Shown here: one piece after another, positions 36,401 through 48,129 of the stretch | Layout of the letters: each line of letters opens with the position of its first letter | Position numbering within the stretch: position 1 is the stretch's first letter | Assembly: GCF_000143415.4 (NCBI RefSeq) | Contig: NW_003314268.1 | Coordinates: 2,372,494-2,436,493 of the forward strand | Origin: Selaginella moellendorffii | Lineage: Eukaryota > Plantae > Lycopodiophyta | Direction of reading: 5' to 3' | Length of the DNA: 64,000 nucleotides | Position numbers and translations under genes: made by a program | The notes under the pieces: model-generated | The model's input: only the letters and a program-made list of their open reading frames with translations | What the model was told of the DNA's origin: nothing | The model's database searches: none

Positions 36401-38765
36401 TATCCCCCGTAAAGGTATATCCAACTTCCCTATGCTATTAAGAAGTCTTGGGTAGCTACCTTCTACCCGTTTAACCAGTTATTTTGCACCTCTTGCTTAG
36501 TTGCCTCATAGTTGTCAAGTCCTACAACTCATTGCTTGGTGCTTTCACACCTCCATCATTATCTGGGTCACCACACTCCAACTGCATGCTCTGCAACTTA
36601 GGCTATGCTATTCCCATTTCCATTGGGATTCCTTTGGCAAGGGGTTCTCATGAACCCACCAACATAGCCTCAAGGTATCACCCCTTGGCACATTTGGTGT
36701 CTCCACACCATCGGCTCCACGAGCCTACCTCTATGACATTTCCCCTTCGTGTCTAAGTCTTTGCCAAGACCAACACCGCTCTTTCTTATGCCAACCGTTA
36801 GCACTGCACCATAGAGGTCACACACAACTTTATGTCAAAGTTGTTTTCTTCTGGGAACACCTTTCCCATAACTTTAGCATGGCACATTCTGCCATTGATG
36901 AGATACCCTCTGTTCTCATCCTTGGATCCTATGATCCCCCCCCATCCTTTGTGGGGTACAACACACCTCAGTCCAAATGCTTCCATCAGTCCTTTTAGGA
37001 CCATCCGTTGACTCTACTTGAGTCATCCAACAGTTTTGGACTTGGTTAATCCACAGACCCGTAAGGTCCTACTTGTGAGGCACTAGCTCACTGGAATACA
37101 CTTCTTGCATTCCTGTCCTACTCAAAAGGACTATTTTCACAAGTGTTACTCCGACACTTGATTTTGTTCTCTGGGGGCAACCTTTGCCCCTTAGGACTAC
37201 TTGTCCATGTGATGAGAACACCAACTCATCCACTTAATACATCCCCAACTCCTTGGGTTGTTCCAGCATTTATTAGAGGTAGCCCCGGCTACCTTTTCAA
37301 GGGCTTGAGTCCTCTTCCATATTTGACCTCCCACGGTCATTACTTCTGGTCTCACATTCATGAGCACCAACCTCAACTATATGAGGAAAATCTTGTGACT
37401 CCTTTATTGCTTTGGAGTCTTTATCTTTCCCGTGATCCCAACTGTAGTTGTTTACCACAACTACATTAGCCAGTTTGCTAAGTCAAACGCTCATCTAGAT
37501 CACATCCTCAACTTTTTTTTTTTTTTTTGAGGAAAACCTTGCACTGTTCCCAAGATCCCAAAGTCGTTCCATTATTGGCCCCTTTTCTATACACCACCTT
37601 GTCTACAAGTTCACACATGAACTGTAATGGAGAGCCATGTCTTCCCGACCTGCTACTCCTCAAGGATAGGCCCACTTCTCGGACCTTCCATTACCAACAC
37701 CAGTGGTGATATACTTGAGCACCAATAAAAGTCGGACTAAGGAACAGCTCCGATACCAAGTTGTGAGCGACTAATTTTTCCGTTCTACTTTAGTCACTTA
37801 ACCACACCTCCAACCACTTAGAGGAGTCTCATTCACAACCTCCATAAGTCCAATTTAGGACTTGGGACTTGCTAGCCCCAAGAATGGCATCCATGCCACT
37901 CCACACTTGCACCTGGTCCAAGTGCTCCACGTGTCCGGTCCCAAGACCGACACCCAAAGGTACCACTGACATCTCGGCCCGTTACGCTAAGGCCATGCCC
38001 ATTCACCTTTGCTGCACTAGTGATCCAATACCATTTGCATCACCATCCCGTCTCTCCAAGACTGGGCCATCTGTCCACGAGTGGTCATCCTGGATCCACT
38101 CCTTAGCATCCTTAGGATGCCCACAGACCTGGGGAATCGCCTTCCCGAAAGTTCCTTTGTCAGTTCCTACCAAGTCCCTTTCTGCCCCTAGCCGTGTTTG
38201 CCAACACTGCCACTGGATCGAGGCCCACAGGCCCGACCACTAAGTCCCATGGTCCTCTGGGACTTCTTCACCACACGACTGTGTCCTTGGTCACTACCCC
38301 AGAGGACTGCTCCTCTTCCTTTCCACAGTCTAGGCCTTTGGGACAACATTTCGGAACACCGTGGCCTTACGCGAGCCACCTGGGTACTCTCCCCGCCTTT
38401 CGCCTTTAGGTGCTCTAGCCATGGGCTTAGAGCGAGGTTCCGTTGAGCCACGCCTGGTATCCAAGTAGGTAGTGCCACCCACACTTGGACTGGGAGCATC
38501 GGCCAGTCGATCTCCCGGGGGAACTAGAGCCGGCTCTTGAACACTTCACCAAGCTACCCCGCTTGTCGGTCCGTATTCACTCTAGTCTTGGACTTCCCAG
38601 TGGTCAGTTCATCACCCAACACTGGGTCTGGCCTTCCTGGGCCAAACTAGCCTTTCCTGGCCAAACTGGCTCCACTGCAGTCCTCCCCCTACTATACTTT
38701 TGGAGCTCACCAAACCCCCCAGGGTCTGGGAGACGAACGCTTTGGGCTTTCACCCTCTCAGGCTC

Positions 38766-38894
38766 CGGACTCGGACTCGGACTCGGACTCGGACTCGGAC
38801 TCGGACTCGGACTCGGACTCGGACTTGGATTCGGACTCGGACTCGGGCTCGGGCTCGGTCTCGGCCTCGGCCTCGGTCTCGGTCTCGGTCCCGA

Positions 38895-38926
<32 letters not shown>

Positions 38927-39416
38927 CCGGTCTCGGTCTCGACTTCGGACTCCATCTCGGACTCCATCTCGGACTCCATCTCGGACTCCATCTCGGACTC
39001 CATCTCGGGTCCATCTCGGGTCCATCTCGGACTCCATCTTGGACTCCATCTCGGGTCCATCTCGGACTCCATCTCGGACTCCATTTCGGGTCCATCTCGG
39101 GTCCACCTCGGACTCCATCTCGGACTCCATCTCGGACTCCATCTCGGGTCCATCTCGGACTCCACCTCGGACTCCAACTCGGGTCCATCTCGGGTCCACC
39201 TCGGACTCCACTTCGGACTCTATCTCGGGTCCATCTCGGGTCCACCTCGGACTCCACTTCGGACTCCATCTCGAACTCCATCTCGGGTCCATCTCGGACT
39301 CCACTTCGGACTTCAACTCGGGTCCATCTCGGACTCCACTTCGGACTCCAACTCGGGTCCATCTCGGACTCCAACTCGGGTCCATCTCGGACTCCAACTC
39401 GAGTCCATCTCGGACA
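38766..39416. repeat. The same array in the right LTR of B, with more copies
   Basis: Directly visible; accounts for the roughly 90-bp LTR length difference. Confidence 0.95.
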
Positions 39417-39636
39417 CTCCCACGTGTCATGTGTTGGTCCTTTTGGGTCCCTTTTTGGAGCCTCACTTCGTGCTCGTTCCTCGAGCCCTTCTTTGGGAGT
39501 TCCACTCCCGCTCTTGACTTTTCAAGTCGGAGCTTTTGGTCCAACCGTGTTACGCTCGTTTGGCTCTCGCTTCAGCCACTACCACGTGGCACCCTTTCCG
39601 GCTCCACTTTGGGGGCTAGGGATTTTGTGTCTCACA

Positions 39637-40079
39637 CGGTGGGGGCTTTGGTTTGTACTTGGGAACTACCTGAGGGACTGATTCCACTTCGGTCTGTTCG
39701 ACCTTGTCTGGTTTTGCCTCAGTCTCTGCCGAAGGGTCCGCACCTTCTGCGCTGTCAGCATCCGCAGTCTTTCGCTTTTTCTTCCGCTTCTCATCACGCT
39801 TCAGCTTGCGTACGAGTTTTTCTTCCGCTTCTCATCACGCTTCAGCTTGTGTACGAGAGTCTCTAGCAGGGCATTGGTCTGTGCCAATTGTCCTTCTAGA
39901 ACGTCCAATCGAGCCTTGGATGACCAAACCTCACCACCAGACTCCTGTTTGGAAGTTGCCTCACTGGAGTCCTCCTCATGCAAGGATTCCTCATCCATAG
40001 CCTCTTGTTCGACCGGAGGCTCCAGCTCTGGAGGAGGTTCCGTCTCTGCCTGGGTTCGCTTACGTCCTGCCCTTGCCAT
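39637..40079 (-). pseudogene. N-terminal gag of element A, frameshifted by a 41-bp tandem duplication
   Basis: ATG at 40079 (MARAGRKR...), coiled-coil RLDVLEGQLAQTNALLETLV. Duplicated units at 39776-39816 and 39817-39857. The frame continues to ...VPKYKPKPPP at the B insertion site. Confidence 0.85.
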
Positions 40080-40137
40080 CTCCCAGCAATCCGCCTTTAT
40101 CCTTCGCTAGAACTGAGGAAGAGGCTCTGATACCAAA

Positions 40138-40331
40138 TGTAAGCTCCTAAATTTGGACTTCCCGGGAGGTCACCCAGCCCAGTACTACTCAAACTCAAGG
40201 ATGCTTAACTCCAACTATCCCAAAACCCTTAACCGATTGGAAAAGGGGGTGCACTCTTGTTCATGGGCCCTTTCCCTCTATATTTGAACCCTATGGATCG
40301 TCTCTCAAGTCGTTCCCTTTGGTTGCTTACA
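40138..40331 (-). mobile_element. Internal 194-bp Cassandra-like LTR carrying the 5S rRNA internal promoter core (40155-40210)
   Basis: TGTAAGC...GCTTACA inverted termini. The minus strand reads AGTTAAGCATCCTTGAGTTTGAGTAGTACTGGGCTGGGTGACCTCCCGGGAAGTCC, colinear with the plant 5S A-box/IE/C-box region. It is followed by PBS TGGTATCAGAGC (40135-40124) and preceded by PPT-like GGGAAGCGTGGTGGAT. Confidence 0.9.
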
Positions 40332-40537
40332 ATCCACCACGCTTCCCTGCAAGTTCACGCCCTCGTGAACGGAAGCTGAGAGCCGCAGCTCTCCCGAGAG
40401 CCCCGCTCTCTTGACACCCTACCCCTCGAGTCGAGCCCAGCGGGAGCAAACTGGACCAGCCAGATGTCAATCAATATGTGGTGTGATTCCCTTAGCCAAC
40501 CAGCAGAGTCGGACCCGAGACCGCTCCGATACCAAAT

Positions 40538-41692
40538 TGTAAGCCACAAATTTTTCCTTTCCAATTTGCCAGCTTACCTCGTCTATCCGACCAACTCTGC
40601 CTTGGCTTGTGCTAAATTCCCTCGCCAAGGTTCCCGCCTATGGTACCAGCTCCTACTTGGTCCTACTTGGTTTCAGCTACTCACTGCACGAGCAACAGAG
40701 TGTTAGCCATCCATCTACGGATTCCCAAATCTCTCCCAATCCCCCTCCCTGGGTTAGACTGGACTTAAGGTTCGGCTACACTCCCCGCAGGCACAAGCAG
40801 CCAAGCACACCAAGCCTCCAGATTCCTAACACCCCTTGGTATCACAAGACTTGATCATGGGACCCTCTAAATCCCAAGTCTTGGGTGCAGCACTTGCTTC
40901 GGGACGTTGGGGCGAAACACCGTGGCCTAACGGCCCGATATAAGTACCTCTACCCCCCCACTTCCATCCCGAAGGGAAGGCCCAAGCCCCTAGGGAGGGC
41001 GAGGACCAATGAGCCACAAGGTACTCAAGTGGGGCACCACTCCACATGAGCCAGGAGCACTGCAGTCGGTTTCCCTTTCGGGAGTGGGAGCTGCTCTTGA
41101 GCACTTCCCTGGGTGGCCCCTCCGGCATAACTCAAGCCCATGCTCACTCCCACCCAAGGCCCCTCGATCCCAGTCTCAACCTCAAGTCAGTTTGGAAGCA
41201 CCATTGGAGAGTTCCTTCAAGACTGGTTTCTGGGCCTCACTATCCCTACTATACTTTTGGAACCCCCCTGCAGCCCCCCCCCCCGGGAGACGCACGCTTT
41301 GGGATTTCACCCCTTGACCCGTATTAGTATTTTAGTATTTGGACTTAGTCTCTGGCTCGATCTCGGACCCGATTTCGGATCCGACTTCGGATTCAGTCTC
41401 GGACTCGATCTCGGACCCGATCTCGGACCCGACCTCGGACTTGACCTCGGACTCGGTCTCGGACCCGATTTCGGATCTTGGACTCCGTCTCGAACTCGGT
41501 CTCGAACTCGGACTTGAACTCGGTCCCCGAGTCAGTCTCGGACTCGATTCCGGACTCTATCTCGAACTCGGTCCTAAAGTCGGTCTTGGACTCGATCTTC
41601 GACTTGGTCCCATCCGATGAACTCTTTGTCATTTTGGTCATGCTTTTGGGGTTCCTTTAGCCTACGACACCTCGGCGAGTTGGTTCTTTACA
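40538..41692 (-). repeat. 5' LTR of element A
   Basis: Direct repeat of 25983-27139, adjacent to the PBS. Confidence 0.95.
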
Positions 41693-43473
41693 GTATTCAC
41701 CGTGGGACTGCGGTCCTTCCTCTTGTGTGAAGTATCCATAGATGAAGGTATCCACCGTGGGACTACGGTGCGGGTGGATAACTAGTTGCCTCACATGGAA
41801 TAGCTAATCTATACAATGGAAGGATTAGTAGATTGAGTCCGGAAATGGAGATGTTGGTTATGAGGACATTGATATATTTAACTAAGGGCTCTTTCATTAA
41901 GGAATTGCCCATTTTCCAGTTGGCTTAAAGGGAAAGAGATAAGGTGCACTACAAATAAGCACCATCTACAAATCAATCAGTACCTCCTCTTAATGTTCTT
42001 CTAGATCCTAATTTATCATCCAGAGAATCTTAATTGCCTTTCATCCTTCCAGAAAAAGGGGATGATATGAGGTAAGTGCATAATTATTATATTGTATATT
42101 AATATTAGTGTAATAGGAATTTAATAGCTATTAGATTGGTTTTAATTTAGAAACTTGCTCCTATATATAAGCTAGAGTTTTGGGGCTAATTGAATATGCA
42201 TATTCCATTTTTATATTCCTATAATTTTTTATGTTAAAATTATTTTAAAATTTTTAATATTACCTAAATTATATTTCATAAAAATATAAAATATTTTAAT
42301 ATTATATTTTTAGACTACTTTTGGTTCCATTTAATGAACACTTACTAAAGAACATGTTACAAAAAGTAACATATTATATACATTATATTGTAATATATTT
42401 AATAAAGGATAGCCAAAGTCTATTCTATTTTATTTGCTAAGCTGGGTCTAGCAAAGTCAAAGAGCATCTCCTCTCAGTTAGGTAAGATCTATGCTACATT
42501 ATAATGATCATTAATAGTAAGATAATTATTATATTTATGAAGTGTAAGATTAATTTAAAGTAAAGTGTTCTTCTTAGTATGTCATTGTCTTTTTACGTCT
42601 ACTTCTAAAGCAAGGTTGCATGCATTATTGATACATCAAATGATAATTGCAATTCATACTATCAGTGATCCTATTTATGAATGAAAGCAAATAAATGTTT
42701 CATATGACACTTGATATTTCTAATCCTGGTAGACTAAAAATGTTTTCTTGCCATGAATACAAATAAGGATACAAATGAAAAGAAGAAGGAACATATTATA
42801 TAGAGCAAGGTAATTGACTTAAAATATCAATAAAACATGAGATAAGATCTTTAGGCTCACTTAGTTTAGTTAATATTGTCTTCTCATTAACAATAGCACT
42901 TGATTGGCATGATAAAGACCTATCTAACTTGGGAGGTGTGGCATGGGAGAGACATCTTCCTCCCCACCTTAATAGCTTACTCAACTTGCTTTGTAAACTT
43001 AATATAACAAGAATAAATCTTGAGAAGATGTCTCACATCATAGTTAAATTCACTAAATGAAAACTTAAAACCATAATTATTATTAATACTGAATAATTAA
43101 AAATATTATAGATTTTCTAAGGTAAATAGAGAATATAATAATAAGTCTTTCTCAAGAGTAGATAAAGTTTTGTACTATAGTAATAACATAATAAGTAGAT
43201 CAACTCAGGGGTGGTTGAGAGGCTAAAAACTTTGCTAAAGTGTATACGCTTCAAGAGTATCCTAAAATTCTAATGCCAAAACTAACTCCAAAAACGTAAA
43301 AATAAAGTAAGGTACAATTCAAGTATATATATGGTGTAACACCAACACTAATTAGGATGGTAATGAAGCAACATAACAAGTTGTGAAGCCAAACAATGAG
43401 AAGAATAAAATAATAGAGTGTGGAGCCAAACTAAACCAACAAAAGAAATGAAAATTTATTTATTTATTTTATT

Positions 43474-43773
43474 TTAAAGATAACTAATGAATTTATTAGA
43501 ACTAGGAAGAGATAAAAGCTCATTAGAAGGAGGTAAGTCTTCATCAGGAGGAGATAAAAGATCTGATGAAAGTGATAGAATTTTCCTAGTACTTGGACAA
43601 AGATTAGTGTCCATATTGGGATCATTCTTGCAAATTTCATCAAAACATGCAATCTTACCTTTACATTCATCATGTGAATTACATGATTCTTCACATGTTT
43701 TTAATGGTGCACTCATTAAAGCTGATGCAAAGAATGAAATTAAAATGGTAGATTAAAGATTTTTTCTTGCCAT
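43474..43773 (-). pseudogene. Kiwellin kissper-domain-like Cys-rich small secreted peptide, with a premature stop in the signal peptide
   Basis: MARKNL*STILISFFASALMSA, then CEESCNSHDECKGKIACFDEICKNDPNMDTNLC (six Cys with kissper-like spacing and DP..TxxC), then a Pro/Ser tail. Confidence 0.65.
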
Positions 43774-45244
43774 ATATACTAATAAGAATGTAAATGAAAA
43801 GAAGAAGTAATACAATAGATAGAGTAAAATACCTGACTTAAATACTACTAAAATATCAATAAAATATAAGATATTCAACAATGTTTATATTTTGTCCTTA
43901 TTAATATGATACGCACAAAGTAATCAAAAACAAAAGAACATCTAACACAAATAATGTACTCTGCAATTGCACTATGCCATTTATCCCCCTCTTTACTCAC
44001 TTTGTGAGGAAATTGTGCTTGATACTTAAAATAATCTCTATAAGGTCAGTCCACTCCACTTTGCTTTAACTATGACAAAGCCTAGAAATATATATACTAT
44101 GCTAGTATACATTTGGTGACCTCCATTTGGCCACATTTGTCCTGGACAAATCCAAGATCTTTAGTGTCCACTCTTTATGGCGCCTTTTTATACTTCAGCC
44201 AAGGATGGTCAAAATCACATACATAGATGTAAGTCTCAAACATGGCAAGTTGCATGCTATACATGCATGGAGTCCATGGCTGGAACTCAAAAATAAACAA
44301 ATGCCTTGCCATTTACTTGATCACTACTGCAAGCAAGCTGACAAGTTCTTGAGAAAACCACTAGCCTGGAAGAGTCAAGGATGAGTGCTCCTTGGCAGAA
44401 GGTGACAATATATAATAGAAATTTAGTACTTTAACTTTGCAATCATTTGGTTCTCCATCATTGATACTCTTGACACTATCTTTGTTCCTCTTTCTTGATC
44501 TAAATATGCTGGCAGTAGTGACTTTTGAAGTCTAGGCATGATATGAAAGTTGGAAAGTAAGAATCGGTTGAAGGAAATTAAGGAATGCAGCTTTCCAAAA
44601 GCATCTTCATGCAAAACAATATGTGGTCACCTTGTAAAACAACCATCACATATATGTGAACAAATACTTAGCTAAAAGTATGAAAAATATTAGCAAAGAC
44701 GCATCATATGATAATGTAGGTTGAAAATATGGAAGCTCTAGTGATCTGCCAAAAGAAACACTTTATTATTTTGAAAAGCGAAAGAAAACCTTGATATGTT
44801 TATTTATTGTGTTGGCTGCATGCAAGTGTGTGATTCTAGCACAGTACCAGGACTATAAAAAAGTGATGATACTGCTCACAAGTTGGAGAAGAAAGTGTTT
44901 TTAAAGGTAATATTGCCTCAAATGTGTTAAAGTTTTTACGAGGATTCATCAATGATTTTGTGGTGGTAGGCTGGAACAATTAAGGTGACTTAAATCTACT
45001 AACGAGTCATACTCTAAACCCAGTGGTCTCATGTTTAGTAGAGGGAGCTGTGAGATTTTGTATAAACAGTTTATGAAATGAAATGACGTATTTTCATAGG
45101 TGGTTTTTTTTAGAAGAGTTGGGCTTTTGCAACGGAATAAAATGCAAACTTTCCTTTTCAATGTTTAGACTTAACAGCTTGTGAATTAGCTATGGATGTG
45201 AGGACAAAGGATGCATTGAATTTGTGGTTTTGCTACCCGCTCCT

Positions 45245-45431
45245 AGTGTCCCAGATTTGGGTCTCCTGTGATTTCTACTTGATTGGCAAACAGAGAGAAG
45301 CTAGCGAACTTTCTCACATAACACGTCTTTCCACCACCACCACTTCCCTGATCTTGGCTTTGATCAGCTTCAGGACCATGGGTGCTGGGATCACCAGCTT
45401 GAAGAACCCGTGCATGTACCACTATCATGTC
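45245..45431 (-). pseudogene. Decayed partial copy of the 150-aa orphan gene at 48817-49269
   Basis: Shared blocks CCCAGATTTGGGTC, TTGGCAAACAGAG.GAAGCTAG, CTTCCCTGATCTTGGCTTTGATCAGC and ATCACCAGCTTGAAGAACCC, with internal deletions. Confidence 0.85.
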
Positions 45432-45444
45432 AACATTTCATCCC

Positions 45445-45585
45445 CTGCAGATGAAATATTGGTCCTTCAATTGAGCAATAACACTCTTCATGGGAAATTA
45501 TCTCCAGAATCCCCGCACAAGTGATTGAGGTTAGAGCAAACAATCTCACGGGAAGAATTCCCCCATCCCTTGGATTCACAGGAAA
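45445..45585 (+). pseudogene. Short plant extracellular LRR fragment
   Basis: ILVLQLSNNTLHGKLSP and EVRANNLTGRIPPSLG lie in two different frames. Confidence 0.6.
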
Positions 45586-45751
45586 ACGGCTTGCAAAACC
45601 TGCTCTTCTGAGCCTTAAGATCGTATTTAGAAACACACTATCGTCCTCACAATTGCCATTGTTCACTGCGACCGCTAGCTGCTACTCAAAAGTTTTAAAT
45701 CCGCAATTAAACAATAGCCACTTTAACCCTAAACCCCGCTTAGGGAAGGCA

Positions 45752-48129
45752 ATGAGCGGCGATAAGCTCTTGAGAATGGATGACGCATTAGAGGCAGTTG
45801 ACAAGTGGGTAAATCAGGGCTATGTTGTAGATGAGAAGAAGATCACGGCGTTGATAATGTATCTCACAGAAGGCCCTGGTAAGCTCCAGCCACAGGAGTA
45901 CCGCACTGAGAAGCCAAAGCCAACCCTGATGGCAATTGCAGCTACATGGTGGAAGCAGCAGAAATGGAAAGGGAAATTGGAGTTTCAGAAAGAGTTTCAG
46001 AAAGAGTTTCAGAAGGGGGAGTTCGAGTTTCAGAAAGAGTTTCAGAGACGGAAATTGGAGTTTGAGAAAGAGTTATTGGAGTTAAAGAAAGGGCAATTCG
46101 AGTTGAAGAAAGCGGAGTTGGAGTTTAAGAAAAGAATGGAAAAAGAAGAAGAGGAGAGGAGGATATTAGTAACAGTCATAAAAAATGCTCATACCATTTC
46201 TGACATGGAGAAGTTCTCTGACAGTGAAGCTGCTGACTTCCACAAGCTTGTACTGGATAAGTGGAATCCTTTGCATCAACTCCTGCGTGGCAATATTGAT
46301 TTACATGCAATACGGTGGAGATCGTTTCTGCCCAAGCCACTCGGTATGTTTATTTGTTTATTATTTGTTTTGTTTAAAACTTTGTTTCCACACTTGCATT
46401 AGAATTTCATAGGAGCCAAACCACATTTGGAAGTAGATATGTGCTCGACAAACTCAACCAAGAGGGAATCCAAAAAAGCTGGGACCAAATCAAAAGAGAT
46501 GTTTATGCAGACTATAAGGGAAGAGGCTTTGAACATTTACAAGTTTCATATCTGGAAGCTACGGAGCCTGATCAGCTTGGTACTGTTTTCGTTTCTTCTT
46601 TCTTCTTTGTTACAAATCCTTGTCCTTGAATGCAGGGAAGAGCATGTATGCCTGTGATGAGACTTACGCAGAGGTCAGAGTCAAACACTACGCTGCCTAT
46701 GGCGTTTGTTTTGCAGCGCTGTTGGAAAGTATCTTTCGGGTCCTTGACAAAGACAAAGGTCTGCCTACAATTTCGGTGAAGGTTCTGGCCCCAGTTCACA
46801 CATCAAACGGGAAGCTAGAGGTTGAAGTCGAAAGGTCGAGTTTGAGGTGCAGGTTCCTAATAGAGATGAAGAATCTGAAGCGGCAGGGTGATGACATTCA
46901 GGAGGAGACGAGGGCGAAGAAAAACAGGGTGTCGTCGTCTGACCAGAAAAGCGACGAAAGTGAGGAGAACAAAAGCATAAGCAAGAAAAATCAGCCTATT
47001 GTTCTCAGCAACAATAATCAGAGTGAGCCTCTACAAAAGGCTCGAGGCCAAATTGGCGAAGTTCACGTGGAAAGGCAGTTTCAGCAGGTTCAGAGCGGGT
47101 TTGTCAACGGCATGCATGTTACAATCGTCCACCGGACTGACTCCACCAAATCCGAAGATCATTTCAGCGCCAGCCGGATACTGAAAGTCATGGAGAGTAG
47201 CGACATAAAGATAGGAGAGGCCAGGAGTTTAGATATGGATTCAAGGGGGGTCGATCAAATCCTCAAAGAGCTAGTTATTGCTCTGATTAAAGCCGGGTTC
47301 CTGCCACAGACTCTGCTTCAAGGTGATGTTAGTGGTGCTGCCGGGTTGAGAGCAGAGAGAATGGAAGTAAGTGTTGATGAAGAACAGCTAGTTAAACCGG
47401 TTAAGGCTGAGGCAGCTGAGATAGAGCACCGGTATCTATTCCCCGTGACAATCCATGGATCGGGATTGAAAGCCTGGATTAAAGCGGCAACAGTAGGTGA
47501 CCAGTACAAGCAGGTTCAGCGAGAGCTTTTAATTCGTCAGTATCTGTGTCCAGAGGACTCTGTGAAGGCGAGGGCAGTAGTCTGGAGAGGGGTTCCTGCG
47601 TTACTCTTGGAAGATGCGGGACAGAAAATCAACACAGACACGATGACGCCTGAGGACGTTTTCAATATGACAAAGGCCATTTATATGGTACTTTCTCATG
47701 TGTATGGTGAGCATGGGATTTTGCACAATGATGTTGCACCCCGCAACATCTGCCGAGACGAAAAGGGACGTTACCGACTTATTGACTGGGGATTGGCAAG
47801 CCGGCTTCCCGATATTGATCATCCCACAAATATACCTGATTGGCTTTATTCAGGTACTTAACTTTTTTTCTGGAGTTTGGTAACTGATTGTTCTTTATGC
47901 AGGTTCTTGCTTTTTCTCTGGAAGTCAAACTCCAAGAATCCATTCCGATTTAGAAAGCCTGGTGTATGTGGCACTTGACTGTCTCCATGTACCATTGCCA
48001 TGGGGAAATGCAGCCAATGGTTCTGATGTTATTAAGATCCGCAGAAGATTCCGGAGCAACTTGAACTCCTCAGTGTTGAATGCTTTGTATCGACCACTGC
48101 TCAAAGCATGGTTAGAGCTAGAGATCTGA
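45752..48129 (+). CDS. Lineage-specific coiled-coil + putative PD-(D/E)xK-like + divergent protein kinase (FunK1/Crinkler-type kinase-like), 4 exons
   Basis: Introns at about 46344-46402, 46580-46636 and 47854-47902 keep the frame. Kinase motifs are AWIK, RE, HNDVAPRNI, LIDWGLA, SDLESLVYV and LPW. Central FLIEMK; N-terminal EFQK repeats. Confidence 0.75.

Larger units (their letters stand above)
31918..39636 (-). mobile_element. Non-autonomous LARD-like LTR element (element B) inserted in the gag of element A, TSD CGGTG
   Basis: LTRs at 31918-33700 and 37762-39636, nearly identical outside the repeat array. PBS TGGTATCGGAGC at 37758-37747 and PPT at 33701-33714. CGGTG lies at 31913-31917 and 39637-39641. 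The ~4 kb interior has no recognisable retro domain. Removal restores gag KPKPPPVFKGVNDY. Confidence 0.95.
25983..41692 (-). mobile_element. Ty3/gypsy chromovirus LTR retrotransposon (element A), TSD GTATT
   Basis: LTRs at 25983-27139 and 40538-41692 (TG...CA). PBS TGGTATCGGAGC at 40534-40523 and PPT at 27140-27153. GTATT lies at 25978-25982 and 41693-41697. Domain order is gag-PR-RT-RH-INT-chromodomain. Confidence 0.97.
25531..41953 (+). mobile_element. TRIM-like non-autonomous LTR element (about 0.7 kb once the nested chromovirus is removed), TSD AATAA
   Basis: 5' LTR 25531-25692 (TGTAGCGCA...TGCGCTACA) with PBS TGGTATCAAAGC at 25695-25706. PPT-like GGTGCGGGTGGA at about 41767. The 3' LTR ends TGCACTACA at 41953. 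AATAA lies at 25526-25530 and 41954-41958. Confidence 0.8.

Noticed and set aside
33715-37745. Coding capacity in the interior of element B
   Set aside because: Only short ORFs, with no gag, RT or integrase motifs that I can recognise.
40155-40210. Functional 5S rRNA gene
   Set aside because: Only the 56-nt internal promoter core is present. The 5' ~49 nt, the 3' end and the oligo-T terminator are absent, and it sits inside an LTR.
44100-44900. Possible decayed gene fragments
   Set aside because: There are exon-like patches with many stops, but no identifiable family.
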